Below, piece after piece: positions 1 to 27,452 of a DNA stretch of 64,000 nt. The notes under the pieces are model-generated. The model was not told the DNA's origin. It did not search any database and was given only the letters and a program-made list of their open reading frames with translations. Source of the DNA: Blastocystis sp. Blastoise (lineage: Eukaryota; Protista; Bigyra: Opalinata); assembly GCA_039096225.1 (NCBI GenBank), contig JBBPEB010000015.1, positions 2,356,001 through 2,420,000 on the forward strand, in the 5' to 3' direction. Both the position numbers and the translations under genes were made by a program. Each line of letters starts with the position of its first letter. Position 1 is the first letter of the stretch.

Positions 1-92
1 TAAATGAAAATGTGAACAAGAATAAAACCAAATATAAACAAAGAAACAACCCATATTTATTTTGTTTTTGCTTTTCATTGACAAATATCAAA

Positions 93-4580
<4,488 letters not shown>

Positions 4581-4849
4581 TCTTAGTTATTACATTGTCT
4601 TTATTATTTACTTATATTCAAAGGCCAATTGTGATTTCATTTTATTGTTTTTATTTATCATCAATCTATAACCCTTTTTTTATTAATTCTTTAACTTATC
4701 TAAATGTATTTTCTCGGTTTATGACATGCATTTTCTTATATTGATTGTTTTGTTAAATAAAAAGAAAAATATTGAAAAAACAATGAACATTTTTTTTAGA
4801 AATTTTAAAAATTCAATAATAATTCTTTATACGAATAAACATTTAAAAA

Positions 4850-6626
<1,777 letters not shown>

Positions 6627-6800
6627 AAAAATAATTTTATTTTTTTTTTAATACTTTTTCTATATTTTAGCTTTTGATTATTCATATATATATTATCTTT
6701 TGTTTTATCTATCGTATTATGATTGTTTCATATTATTCTTTATCAGTATTATATATTTTCATAACATATATATATAACTTCTTGAGTCTTTCTTAATGAT

Positions 6801-6831
<31 letters not shown>

Positions 6832-8366
6832 TTGTTACTTTTCATATATGAGTGTTTGAATAGATTCAAATATAGAGATAAAACTTTTTTAAACGAATGC
6901 TAAAATATAAAAAAATGAATGAAACAGTATATATATATTACATATAAACAGTTATATATTATATTCCATTAATGAATAAACATATATACTCATGCTTATC
7001 TATATTATAAAAGCGATATATATGTTTACTAAAATAGATCTATTGTTATTTGTTTTTTAACCCAAAAACATTGAGACAGAGCAGATAAACAAAGAATTTG
7101 AGCAAAACAACATAACTAATAAGTCACTATCATTCTGAATGATAACAAATGACATATATATATAAATATGTACATGCATATTATAATAAGGAGAAACAAG
7201 AACCACAAAATAGATAGTAAAAAGGAAAAGAATATTTCATAATAAAGAAAAAGAGTATATTTAGCAGGTAGTTATGAAAAAGAAAATAAGAAATAAATAT
7301 CAACAACCAATATGAATATATAAAGATAATATAAAAAGAAAAAAGTGATTAAAAAAATAAAGTAATTATTATTACTAGAAATACAGGATATACAAAAAAG
7401 AATAAAAACAATAATATGTTTTAAAAATATATACTTAAAAAAGGTAATACTAAAATAGATAAAATAGATTAAAAAAAAGAATAAATAAAATAGATAAATA
7501 AAATAGATAAAAAAAAACAAAATAGATAAAAAAAAGAATAAATAAAATCGATAAAATAAATAAAATGAAAAGAATTATAGCAATAACATCAAAATGTATG
7601 TATATTAAAAAAATAAATAGAATTTAAAGGAAACAAAAAAAACTTTTTAAAAGTAGAATATATATAGGAATAATTAAATAATTAGAAGAAATACATACAG
7701 ATCTAAGAAGAAGAAGAGAAAAAAAATAGATTTATAAAAATAATGAAAACGATGAATTATTTATATAATGACTGAAATAAGAAACAAGTGAAGTCTAATG
7801 GAAATATTATATATATATGTAAATATATATATAAAGTAATATAAATATATAAGAAGAAAAATAAGGTAATATAAATAAACACAAACATATATATAATTAT
7901 ATACATAATTATAATAAATTAAGAATTACATATAAAACAAATAATCAATTATGTAAAGTATATAAAAGTTAATACAAAAAAAGAGACTAAATACTATAGA
8001 TATACTAAATATATATATATATACTTTACAAATAATGTTATTCTTAATATGTTTGAAAAAAATATAAAAGTATAAAATAACTACAAAGAAAAATGGAAAA
8101 AAGTATACATTAACTCTTAACAATAAAATATTATATGTATATATATAAAGAAAATGAAGGTATATATAAGAAAAGAAACGTCCTAAGAAAACATTTAAAT
8201 AGAATATATATATATAGAATAGTAGCATGTACATAACAAGTTCATTTTTAACATGGACACAACACAATTATGAATGATATATATATATATAGTATAATAG
8301 CAAATTAGATTGAAAAGAGATTCATATATATATATATATATATGAGTATGGCGCATAGAATAGTAT

Positions 8367-10726
<2,360 letters not shown>

Positions 10727-11198
10727 AATAATCTGTTTATTATTTATAAGAAATAATCTTTAAATCGATTGAAAACTACACAAAATTCTTGTGACTCTTT
10801 TTCATTTCTAGCCTTTCATTTTTTTGATTCTCTTGATTTTTTAAATTAATGAAAACAGTACGATTTGTGTTTTTTAAGATTAAAAATTTAAAACTGAACT
10901 TTTTACAATTTGTACATAAAAATATATGGCATATAATATAAAAAGAAATCATTTCAAGAGCTTCTAAAATAAAATAAATCTTTTTTGATATAACATTTGA
11001 TTATCATAACAATATTAATTGAAGATATATTAAAGCTGATGACCCGATAAAAAAGGCTTTAAATATATGTTTCAATTACCATAAAAAAAAAACAATAAAA
11101 ATAAAACAAATTATGTTGTTCACGAATATTTTTATTACTATAAACTGAGAAATGCAAACAATAATTATATATATCACATGTTGATATCATAAGAGTTA

Positions 11199-15415
<4,217 letters not shown>

Positions 15416-16113
15416 CTTTATTTTTTCTAAAACAAAAATAATTAATATAATAAAAGATTTTTAACTTTCTTCCTTTTAGTAAACAGTTTATATAAAATAT
15501 TGTTACACAAAAAAAGGTTGTACTTAAAATAAGAATCATGTTAATTTTTGGTTTTTCCCTTAAAAACAAAAAAATAACCAAGGATATTCCTAGAAAGATC
15601 CAGTTAAGAAAGAACTCTAATCGAATAGTTAATTAAAAAAGAAGAGTTGTCGTTTCATTCTATTCATGACATATTATGTCTTTAGAATTCATTAAGCTGG
15701 ATACTGAGTTCTATATGATTCTTTTTGAATATTTATTTTTTCTAAATGAAAAGAATGATGTCCAATGTTATTCTCCTATAGTAGTATATTTCATTCATTT
15801 CTATTTATTTGCTTCATCCCTTGAATATCCAATTATTTAAACCATGTTTCTAAAGAAATAATTCAATTCTTAAACGTTAAAGCACCCAATAAGTCGTTTT
15901 CTAACACTCTTCCGTGCTTATTTTTATTAGGTATTGCTATTACATACTCTGTTTACTTTAAAAATGTTACATTGTCTGTTCTTATGATCAAATCTGAATA
16001 ACTTATGTTCAAACTCATTATTTAATTATATCCTATTATTTGGGAAGCAAGAATGCATAGGGTTATCAAAAAAGAAACAAATAATTATACATAAATTTGA
16101 AAAATCCAGCAAA

Positions 16114-18202
16114 TCATTCAATTTCTTTACATAGTAATTCTGGAAAATGAATTGAAGGATATTGTTGTATAATGATATCGACTAATTGCAATCCATCTGA
16201 TGTAATTAAGTTTCCTAAAAAGATTATAATAGTAAATAATGATCATATCAATTTCTCTCTATATATACCCGTAAAATCAAGTAGACGAAGCTTTGGAAGG
16301 CATCCATCTTTGATAAGATTATAAAATAGAAGAAGAACATGGTCTGATAATATATTATCTATTATTAATAATATTACATATACGATATAATAAAATAAAA
16401 TACATTTGATAGAAAAAGAAATTAAATGTTGTAAAGAATCTTTTTGAATATTTGACAGTATATGAATCATCATGGTATCATTTAGATGGAGACCTATAAT
16501 ATTTAGTATTTTATTTATTATGACTTTTATTCTATTTGTTTATTATATTTATTTATTATATTGATTTATTATATTTATTTATATATATAGTATTCATTGA
16601 TTTTTATAGAAAGTAAGCAAGCAATACTTGATAAATTAATAATTTTAAGATTTGATAGATATCCATTTTCAATACATTTTGAAATCTCTTGAACTCCTTG
16701 TAGTCCTATTCTGTTATCTATTGAATATAATAGATAAATATATATTTATATTCTATAATTATATAGAATATACATGAAATATCTAGTTGTTCTAATAGAG
16801 GAATATAATGGTCTTTTATACAATGAAATAGAGTTAAGAATCCATCATCGTTAATGTCACATTCTATAATGAACATAATTCTATATATATAACTATTAGT
16901 TATATACATACGATGAATATCTAGATCTGTAAGATGCATCAATGGCTGGTGACGAAATAATGTTAAAATAACATTAAGACCTTCTGTTTTCAAGGGATTA
17001 CCTTTAGATATGTATATTATATAGAATATAAAATATAGTGTTACGTTATATTATATTCATTATAAGCAAATTCTAAGATTTATAGAAGAAGTAAAATATA
17101 AGATTGATATATATATATATCGATAAAACTCTTGATTCCATATTATTTTGCATATGGTGTTATCCATCATATAATTAGTATTATTATATACAAGATAGAT
17201 TAAAGGAAACAAGATTTGAAGGGAATGAACTCTCAAAACTAGTTATAAGATCAGCACAACACAAACTATCAATTTTATTGTCTAGGTAATAAAGAGTTAA
17301 AATAACTATAATAATAATCATAAATATTATAACTATAATAATCATAATAATCATAATAATCATAATAATTATAATAATCATAATAATCATAATAATCATA
17401 ATAAAAAGAGTGAAAAAGGAAACAATACTTATATTTAAGGAATGAAAACCTATGTAAAATATATATATTACTCTCCAAGTTAATTGTTAATATATCATGT
17501 GATAAATAGGTTAATAAAGACGCCAAATAGTTCATATTATCAAAACGTATATTACAGCCTATATATATATTTATATATATAATGCATTACAATTTCCTTT
17601 ATGTGATTAGTATTTACGAGAAAAAGCTATATTTTTAATATTTGTTTGTCCAGATTCATGTAAATAGAGTAAAATATTTTCAAGTATTGAATTTATATCT
17701 AAAATATCTATATAATAAATATAATTAAGTTCATAGTATATCTATATATACTCACATATACCAAAGCAATAGAAGGACAAAAATAGAAATTCTGAATAGG
17801 CGTAAAAAAACTTTTACGATATATTACGATGCCACTAGTTCTGCAAATGAATTCATAAAACATTTTTCCACAAGAATAGAGATAACAACTATTCCACAGT
17901 TCAGAATCAGTGATTCCATAAAAAGTCATATCATTCCATAGGGTCACTAATTCGTAATAATTTAATTTGTTTATATTAAATTCATTATTTTCAACGATAT
18001 CCTTTATAAATTCGAAACAAGAATCACTACGATTAAGTACTAATTCGTTATGTGTTGTTAATACATCCATATGATTGATATAGAAGAAGAATAAAGACTC
18101 AGGATATTTCTCTATAGCACTGATATTTAAAGTATACCTATTATTAGTTTGAGGGAAATATATCTTCAATGAATTCTTGACAATTTGATTTTTGTAAGTC
18201 AT
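16114..18202 (-). CDS. BTB/POZ-like (KCTD-type) N-terminus plus leucine-rich-repeat protein
   Basis: YTLNISAIEKYPESLF...LNRSDSCFEFI...FYGI, followed by exons each with LxxLDxSxNxI-type repeats; TGA at 16114. Confidence 0.7.
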
Positions 18203-18573
18203 CAATATAAATTTATATGTATTAAATATAAAATAGTGTTTACTTTATAAACAACTTATTTTTAAAATCTTATTCAAAAAAATTGATACATAATTAAATT
18301 GCGTTTTTCTTTAAAAAGATAATTTTGGTATTTATGAACGAAATTATACATATTCAGTATGATAGAATTCAGATAGAATACTGAAATACAATAAATTCAT
18401 ATTTTAATTGATACACGCAAATTGATTCGAATCGTGTGTTGTCTCAAGAATTGGGCTTTTAAATTGTATAAATGTGTTCTCCATTCGAACCATAATTTTC
18501 ATTATTGGAAAACAAATTAATCAAATCAAACCAAAACAAATAAGACACTATGGACATTTTTTCAGGTTTCTGT

Positions 18574-18778
18574 CAAAAGGTCCAACGACTTTTTTGTTTT
18601 GGTTTCCCCAGTGGTGAGCAGTGAAAATTTTTAAATATGTAGCTGACAAAAGGTTATTTGATTTTTCTGTTTGGTTTCCCCAGTGGTGGAGCAGTGAAAA
18701 AATTTTAAAGGGTAGCTGACAAAAGGTCCAACGACTTTTTTGCTTTGGTTTCCCCAGTGGTGAGCAGTGAAATTTTTT
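18574..18778. repeat. Three-copy 73-bp tandem repeat with conserved core GGTTTCCCCAGTGGTG(G)AGCAGTGAAA
   Basis: CAAAAGG unit starts at 18574, 18647 and 18720; cores at 18601, 18673 and 18747. Confidence 0.9.
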
Positions 18779-19079
18779 GTCAGAGTTTCAGTGATTTTAT
18801 AAAATCGAAAAGCAGTGCAAAAGTATGACGCACCTTAAAACAATAATTGGCGAATAAAAATGGTTTTAAATATTCTCTATTTTTTCATTTATTGGCTTTT
18901 TTTATTCTTTTTGTGGTGTAATAATAAACGATATAACAAAACAAACAAATTAAATATTATCAAATAATCATAAAAACAAATAATAGAAAACAATAATAAT
19001 AAATATATAAAAAAAAGATAATAAAACATATAATAAATAATATAATAAAATATATATAATATTTAATTTATAATATTTC

Positions 19080-19708
19080 AACCAGGACAGTTTCAGTCTT
19101 TAATTTGCATTTAAGCCTAACCAACCTATATAAAGAGATGATATTAGTTAAGTATTACTAATAATAATATATATATAACATTTTAAAATAATAATAAAAT
19201 AAAAAATATATACCTTTTCTAATCATTACAAGACAGGCAAGGAATCAAAGACAAAGAACCATCCTATAAAAGATATATGATAAATAGTATAATGAATAAA
19301 ACAATATAATTAAATATATATATATACTTTTTATAAACCATTCTCCAATTGGCCAACAACGACAGCAACAGAACTTATGGAAACCTATATAAAGATAGAG
19401 TGAGTTGTAGAATATAATAATATATGATATAATAAAATAATATAGAATAATAAAATATAAATATATACATTACTCCTATATAAATATAAAGTGGGGTTAG
19501 TTATATAATATGTAATAGATAATATAGATATATATGTACCTTTTATTCATGTTGATTCCCTTCATTCTAGACCCAAGCAGCATAACTATAAAAATAATTA
19601 GAAAAAGAAATATATATATATATACCTATAAGAGAACCATAACCACACACAAGAAGGAGCAGAACACTTAAGGAGACCAGGAATAGCCACAGCAAGAAGC
19701 AGAGACAG
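19080..19708 (-). ncRNA. Candidate spliced non-coding (or micropeptide/pseudogene) transcript
   Basis: GC-richer islands bounded by TAG| and |GTAT splice signals (e.g. 19626-19708, 19540-19585, ~19328-19384, ~19213-19263), separated by typical AT-rich introns; no long spliced ORF. Confidence 0.4.
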
Positions 19709-21619
19709 CTACTATAGAAAATGAATGAATAGAGTAGAAAAAATAAAATATAAAGAAACAGCAAACACCTACCATCATAATAGTATCATATGATATGAAA
19801 TAAAGTAATAATTTAATAATACATCATTATAATGATATAAGATATAATAAAATAAATATGTGATAAGTCATGTAGGATTTTGTTTTGTTATAAAAGGGTG
19901 TAATAGGAATTTAGAAGATATAGCTGAAATAATGAAAATAAACATGAATAATCTCATATCTACTAAATATAGAGAATCTTCATCATAAATAAAATGAATG
20001 GTTAAGAATAAAAGAGAAAGAGAAATTTTATTTCTATGAGGAAAATGGATATTGTTATTGTTATTTTCAATTTATCCTAATTATTATTAATACTATAAAA
20101 AATGTTTTATTTTAAAGAATTATATATTTATTTATCATTATAATGTTTTATAATTAGTTTAGACGACAGAAGAGTCATTTTTATAGTTAATTATCAAAAT
20201 TATTCTTAGTATCACTTTGTAAGTATAACTTATTTTTTAAATAAACCTAGGCTATAATACAGACTTATAGAGAAGACCCTGAGACTTCTAATCCCAAAAC
20301 AAAAGTGATTCATATAATTCAGAATGATTGTCTGAATCTTCATTTAGAGTATTAATTTGAGTCACATACTTTCAATAAAATGATTAAATAAAGAGAAAGA
20401 TGATAAAAAAGGTCTAGAGTCAAAATTGTTATGAAATATCAACTTTTTAATCTATTTGTGTAGATTTTCAATTATTTTAATATCATAATATGACTGAAAA
20501 GAAACAAAAAACATTTTAAAGTCAATTAAGTCAACAATTGTAATCAAGTAAAAGTCTTTTAAAACCTCTTCATAAACTCAAAACGTATAGAGTGAGTGTT
20601 TTCCAGTTAAAATAATGTTTATTGTTACAATAATATCAAAAACAAATCAAATTATTATTTTATAATTACTCAAGAACAACTTTTTCTATCAACTAAGGAC
20701 TCATAGCTATCAAATATGCATATGAATAAGCAAAAATAATATTTTGTATATTTTTAATTGAAAAGTCAGAATCGTGTTGATAGTTTACTATAAAACAAAT
20801 GCAAAAATCACTTTTTTATCAAAAAAATGTTTAATCTCATTAATCGTTATATTCATGATTTATTCATTGTCTACTTACCGTGTTTAATCATCTTCAGTGA
20901 TTTTTAGTGAAACTAAAATTATTTCAAATATATATTTTATTTTCAATAATAACAGAAACGTCTCATATTGCATATTTAGTGTCTAAATGAAGTTTAAACA
21001 TGACAGTGATATCAATTAATCAAAAATTATAAAATATAAAGAATCTCCATTTTTATGACTTGTCTTAAATCATGTTAAGAGTAAATGAATGAATAGTTTC
21101 ATTAGTCATCTGTATGATTTTAGTATTATTTTCAAAATATTTTGTTTTTTAACAAGAATAAATTCTTAATTTATTGTTTATCAAGTCAAAAATGTATTTA
21201 AATGATTTTTTTCTACTGTACAAGGATACACTGATCATATGAAAAAAAAATTGCACAGAATCTTTTGATAATCTATTTTTGAAAAATGAGAATTATTTTT
21301 TGGAACTAAACTAATATTTTACGTATAAACATTATAAAATCTCCTGAACAATCTTTTGAGAAGATTCTGTGTTCGACAATACACTTAATTAAGTAATTGA
21401 TAATTGTTGGAATATTTTTGTATTGAATAAACTGTTTTGAATGTTTCTATGAATCATCTATATACAACTAATACATTTAATGATTAAATAAATACACATA
21501 TAAAGAAAAAAATAGTAATTAACATAATTGATCTTCACCTCTCTGAATATATATTTTTTGAAAATCTTATACAATATGAATATTAAAACCTATATATACA
21601 TAAAATAGTTATATAAACG

Positions 21620-21688
21620 ACCTTAAGACAGGAATTGAACCTGTTTTCAATCATAAATTGATTGAAACTTACCAATTTAAGCTTAAGG
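21620..21688 (-). ncRNA. tRNA-like cloverleaf (non-decoding tRNA mimic)
   Basis: Minus strand: CCTTAAG CTTA-AATTGG-TAAG TTTCAATC-AATTTAT-GATTGAAA ACAGG-TTCAATT-CCTGT CTTAAGG T. Stems of 7+4+8+5 bp are all Watson-Crick; D-loop GG and T-loop/B-box GGTTCAATTCC present; no 8-9 linker, no variable loop, no U33. Confidence 0.75.
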
Positions 21689-21959
21689 ATAATATAGAGG
21701 AAAAGTAATATAAAGGGATATATAATAATACGAAAATAAGTATGAAAAAAAATATATGTATAAGAGAAAACGATGCTAAATATAGGAGGGAAAAATGAAA
21801 AGAGAATAAATAGAGAAAAATATAAAGTTAATGAGATAGGGATAATTAATGAAATTAATAAAAAAGAATTAAAATAATAATATAGAGAAAAAAAAATATA
21901 AATATAGAGATCTATAAGTAAGGTATTGAAGAGAAGATTAGAGGAGAAATGGGAAAAGC

Positions 21960-22348
21960 ATGAGGAAGAAGAAGAAGAAGAAGAAGAAGATGATGATGAT
22001 GATGATGATGATGAAGAAGAAGAAGAATATGTAGAAGATGATGATGATGATGAAGAAGAAGAAAAAGAAGAATATGTAAAAGAAGAAGAAGATGAAGAAG
22101 AATATGTAGAAGAAGAAGAAGAATATGTAGAAGAAGAAGAAGAATATGTAGAAGAAGAAGAAGAAGAAGAAGAAGAAGAAGAAGAAGAATATGTAGAAGA
22201 ATATGTAGAAGATGATGAAGATGAAGAAGATGAAGAAGAAGAAGAAGAAGAAGAATATGTAGGAGAATATGTAGAAGATGATGATGATGAAGAAGAAGAA
22301 GAAGAAGGAGAATATGTAGAAGATGATGATGAAGAAGAAGAAGAAGAA

Positions 22349-22381
<33 letters not shown>

Positions 22382-22560
22382 GAAGAAGAATATGTAGAAG
22401 ATGATGATGAAGAAGAAGAAGGAAATAATTATAACCAGAAGAAGATGGAGAATAAATAGAATAATAAGAAGATGCTTGTGAAGAAGAGATAAGGAAGAAG
22501 AAGAAGAAGAAGAAGAAGAAGATGAAGAAGATGAGAAGAAGAAGATGAAGAAGATAATAT
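21960..22560 (+). repeat. Compound (GAA)n/(GAT)n microsatellite punctuated by GAATATGTA
   Basis: Directly visible triplet runs; they produce spurious poly-E/D, poly-F/I and poly-L/H ORFs. Confidence 0.9.
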
Positions 22561-23640
22561 TGAGATGTATATGAAAAAAATAAGAGATAACAGAATAATA
22601 TATAGAAAATGTAGAATAAAAATAATAAGATGAATAAGAAGAAGATAATGAAATGCAGATGAAGATGAAGAAAACGAAAAAGGAGATAAGAAAGAAGAAT
22701 AAGAAGAAGGAAATGAATAAATACAAGAAGAAGATGAAGAATAAATAGATTAAAAAGAAGAACAAGAAGATGAAGGTGAAGAGCTAAGAAAGAAGGTGAA
22801 GAAGAATAGAAAGAAGGTAAAAAATAAAAAGAAAAGTAAGATGAGAATGAAGAAGATGAACAAGAAGAGAAAGAAGAATGAACAAGAAACATATATTGAG
22901 ATGCAGAAAAATAAAAATAAATAAAATAAATAGATCGATAGATAGATAGATAGATATATAGATAGACAGAAGGAGATAGAGATGGAAATATAGAAAGAGA
23001 AATACAAAGATAAAAATAGATAGATAGATAGATAGATGAATAGAAAGAAAGAAGAAAAGAGAGACATAAAGAAGAAATTAGATAGAAAGAGATAGAATTC
23101 TATATAGAATGAGAGATATACAAAAGAAATCAAATGAAATAGAGAATAAGATAAAAATAGATACAAGAATAAAGATAAAAAGAGAAATAGAGGAGTAGGG
23201 AAGGTGTATAAAAAAGAAAGAATATAAAGATAGGTAGAGAGGAATTGAGAAGGATAGAGAAGGAGGAGGAAAACAGATAGAATTGGAAGACGAAGAAAAG
23301 AAGATGAGACGAAGAAGGGAGAAAAAAGGAGCAGGAAGTGAATATCAAGAAAGATAAATTTATATAGAAAAAAATTAGAAAGAAAAATACATACAAAGAA
23401 AACGATAGGGAATGATAGAGAGAATTATAATTTGAATGACATAGAGAGAAGGAGAGACAAAGCAAGATAAAGAAGTATAATAGAAAAAACAAAGAAGAAA
23501 AAAAGAAGAATAAAAAAAGAAAAGATAGAACAATAGTATATGAGAGAAGAAAGAGACAGAAAGAAAACGGGAAATAGGGTAGAGACATAGAAGGTAATAA
23601 AATATATAGAAGGGGAGAGGGGATTGAGATAAATAAATAA

Positions 23641-23753
<113 letters not shown>

Positions 23754-25764
23754 GATAGAAGAATACCGAAAGATATAGAGAAGGAGATAAATATTAATAA
23801 AAAGGAAAATATGGATAGAGAGGAGATAGAATCAAACAGAGAAGGAGAAGTAGATAAAAGTTGAGAGAAGGAGAAGTAGATTAAAATAAAAACAAATAGC
23901 AAGAGTTAAAAGGAAGAAGGGAAGAATATAGAATGATTTGAAGAATGAGATGTATATAGAAGTGAATAGAAGGAAATAGAGAAGGAGAAGTAGATAGAAA
24001 AGATTAAAAATAGAAGGAGATAGAAAGATAAGAGAATGATATAGATACAATAGAATGAGATAGAGAAGATAAAGTAGATAGAAATGGATAGAAATAAGAA
24101 AAATAAATAGGATAAGAGAGAAAGAGAGATAAAAGGATATAAAAGGATATAGAAGGAGAGAAAGCGGATTGAGATGTAGTAAGATGGAAGGATGTAGATG
24201 GAGATAGAGAAGTAGATAGAAGATGATGGAGAATAAAGAGGAGATAGAAGAGGAGATAGAAGGAGAAAAAGAAGAAGAGGAAGTAAATTAAGTTAGAAGG
24301 AGATATAATAAGATAGAGAAGTAGATATACGTAGATATAAGGAAATATACGAAGATATAAGTAGATAAGAGAAAATAGAAGGAAATAGAGAATGAGATTG
24401 AGACACATAAATGAGGTAGAATGAGATAGATAAGGATAGAGAAATATGAAGAGAAATATAGGAATACAGAGAGATAGAATGATGTTGAAAGAGAAAGAAA
24501 AGGAAAGACTGAAGATTGAGACAGAAGGAGTAGCTGAGATAAAAGGAAGATAGAGAAGGAAATTGAAAGATGAAGGAAGAAGGAGAGAAGATGAAAGAAG
24601 AAGAATATAGAAGAAGATAGAGAATGAGATAATAGGGATAGAAAGAGAAAAATAGGAAAAAAGATGGTTAGAAGAAAATAGAAAAGGAGAAAGAAGGAGA
24701 GATAGAAGGAGAAATAGAAGGATATAAAAGAGATTAAGAAAGAAGTTAGAGACAAGAAGATATAGATATATAGAAAGAAATAAAAGGATTAAATAGAAGA
24801 TTAAGATAGAAGAAAAGAGACAAAATAGAAGTAGATATAACAATATAGAGAATGAAAGGATAGAAATAAAAATAGAAAATAGATAACTAGAACATAAGAA
24901 TATATAATAATAGAGAGAAGGAGAGAGAGAAGAAAAAGTAGATATAAAGTGGAAAAGGAGACATAGAAGGAAATATAAAAGGAAACAAGAAGGTAGAAAG
25001 AGACATATAAGATAAAATAGACAGGGACAGAGAGAAATAAATGGAAAAAGAATAAGGATAAAGATGGATACGAGAATAGAGAGGGAGAGAAGGAAGATTG
25101 AGATAGAATTATACAGAAAGAGGAGAGAAGGAAGATAAAGAAGGAAAATAGGGCAGTAAAAAAAAAGGGAATCAGAAGGAGGAGAGAAGAAGTATGAGAA
25201 GAATAGAAAGAAGGAAGAGGAGGAAGGCAAATAATAGAAGAGAACTATATATATAATAAATAGTGATATAAATATAAATAAGAAGATGAAGATCTGAAAA
25301 AAGCAAAGAATTATATGGAGAAGAAGAAGAAGAAGAGGAAGAGGAAGAAAAGGAGGGTATACACTAATACATGTCGAGGAAAAAGAAGTATAGAATAAGG
25401 AGAAGAGGATAACAGGATAAAAGAAAAAGACATAACGAAATACAATGTAAATAGAATAGTGATTAAGAAAGAGTAATGAAAGAGTGATATAAAAGGGAAG
25501 CGAAGATAAGAGAGAGGTATAATTAAAAAAAAGAAAAATAAAGGAATTTAGATAGAAGAAAAAATAAAAGAAAAATGAAGATCTGAGGAAGATAATGAAT
25601 CAAAGGGAGAGACAAGGATATAGGCTGGAGACAAGGCATAGGAAGAAGTAATAAAGAAAGAAGATGAAGAAATAAGGAGATAAAAGTGTAGAAGGAAGAA
25701 AATGAAGAAGAGAGAAGAAGGAATCATTTTGTGTAAGAAGAAGAAATAAAGAAGAACTAGATAA

Positions 25765-25795
<31 letters not shown>

Positions 25796-27452
25796 ACATA
25801 CCTAATAGAAAAAAATGAATTTGGTGATGTTGAGTCATAGGGAAAGATAACCAACAGAAACAGTAGAAAACAACCTAAATAAATAAATAATAATAAATAA
25901 AAATATAAAAATAATGAAAATAAATAATAAAATGAATTAGAATTCTAATTCAAGAAAAAAAAAAGAAAGTTAATAATAGATAGAATGAATATACGATAAG
26001 TATTTTATCATATAATATTACAGCAATATAAAAAATAAAAAGATAAGAGATAATTATAAAAATAAATAAATACATATATACTTTGAAAACAGTTTGACAT
26101 CATAGACGTTGTTGACATGGACTGAAGAGGACTCTTATAACCACGGACGAGCAGGAACCTATACATGCTAGAGAATGGGAGAATGTTAATATGGGTAAAG
26201 AATAAAAAATAGCAATATACATACAAGGGAACAGTCTGAAGTTAAAATGAGCTTCTATTTTTAAAAATAAAGGCAAATAAAAATAGAATAAAAATAAAAA
26301 AAATATGTAACAAATGAAATATTTTCTAAGTCAATAGGCTCAATAGCGTATGGGTGTCTTCAGGTCTTAAAAGAAAAATCATTTTTGCGGGAATATCAAG
26401 AAATTCAAAAAAGTATATTTTCCCTCCTTTTTTCGCTGTCACTTTTTTTTAATATTTTTGACTTTATAGTATTAAAATCGATTCTTACAGGCATGTATAG
26501 ACACTTTATACCACTTTTGAAACTAAAAATCAAATATTCAAAAATGAGTGAAAAATCACAACAAGCAAGAAAAACAATTTTGTAAGCTGAGTATGTTGTG
26601 TATAAGTATGTCTAACAACAGAGATGATAAAAACGCACAACTCCTCTTGGTTTAGGACATAATTATGAATTCTCTTAAAAAAGCTATTTTAAACCTTAAA
26701 ACGATACCCTGAACTATAAATCAAGTCCTGAATGATATTCTAAAGTCATATTTTTAAAAACAGGTTTATTGACGATAATCAATAAACAAAAACAAGAGCT
26801 TCTGTTTTACTTTTCTTTTTTGAATTTTTAATTGTTTTGACTTTCTAGGGTAGTTGGCTAAAAGAATGCTGTCGTCTTTAGGCTAAAAAATTATGAATAA
26901 AAAAGTCAAGTCATTTTATTGTTTTTTCCTTGGGAAATCAAAAAGAAGAAATTTTTAGGTGTGTGTTGATTTAGGCTGTATAATGGTTTATATTGTAAAA
27001 GGACTTGACGAGAATGATTGAAATGATAATATATCACTCAGAGAATACACAAATTTTAAAAACTTCTCACTCATGTAATCCATTCCTGAATTATAGACTT
27101 CAGAGAAAAAATTAAAGTCTTTTTGGTTTTAAACAGTCATTTTAAATCATAAAACACTGTAAAATAGTCAATATTTAGAATGTCTATGATTATATAAATA
27201 AACAATATATTTTGTAGAGTTATTTTTAAGTTTTTCTCGTCAAAAAGAGAGAAACTTGACAAGTTGGCGGACACTCTTTTCTCGAGTTTAGGCCAACGTA
27301 TTTTTGATTAAAAAATCCCAGTCATTTTGTTGTTTCTCTTACGGGAAATAGGGTCAAAAAAACACAAAATGTCCATAGTGGATAATAAAATGAAAAACAA
27401 CAACATAAAAAAGATAATTATATTGAATAGATTGATTATCTTATAAACTGAA

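Noticed and set aside
18574-18778. CRISPR-like appearance of the repeat
   Set aside because: Eukaryotic context, inter-core segments are related rather than unique spacers, and no cas genes.
21620-21688. Calling the cloverleaf a functional tRNA-Lys(TTT)
   Set aside because: No U8/9 linker, variable loop or U33, and the anticodon arm is over-long; unlikely to decode.
21926-22459. 177-aa acidic ORF with EEEYVE repeats
   Set aside because: TTG start, pure triplet microsatellite, no + strand intron context; overlapping poly-L/H and poly-F/I ORFs are equally artefactual.
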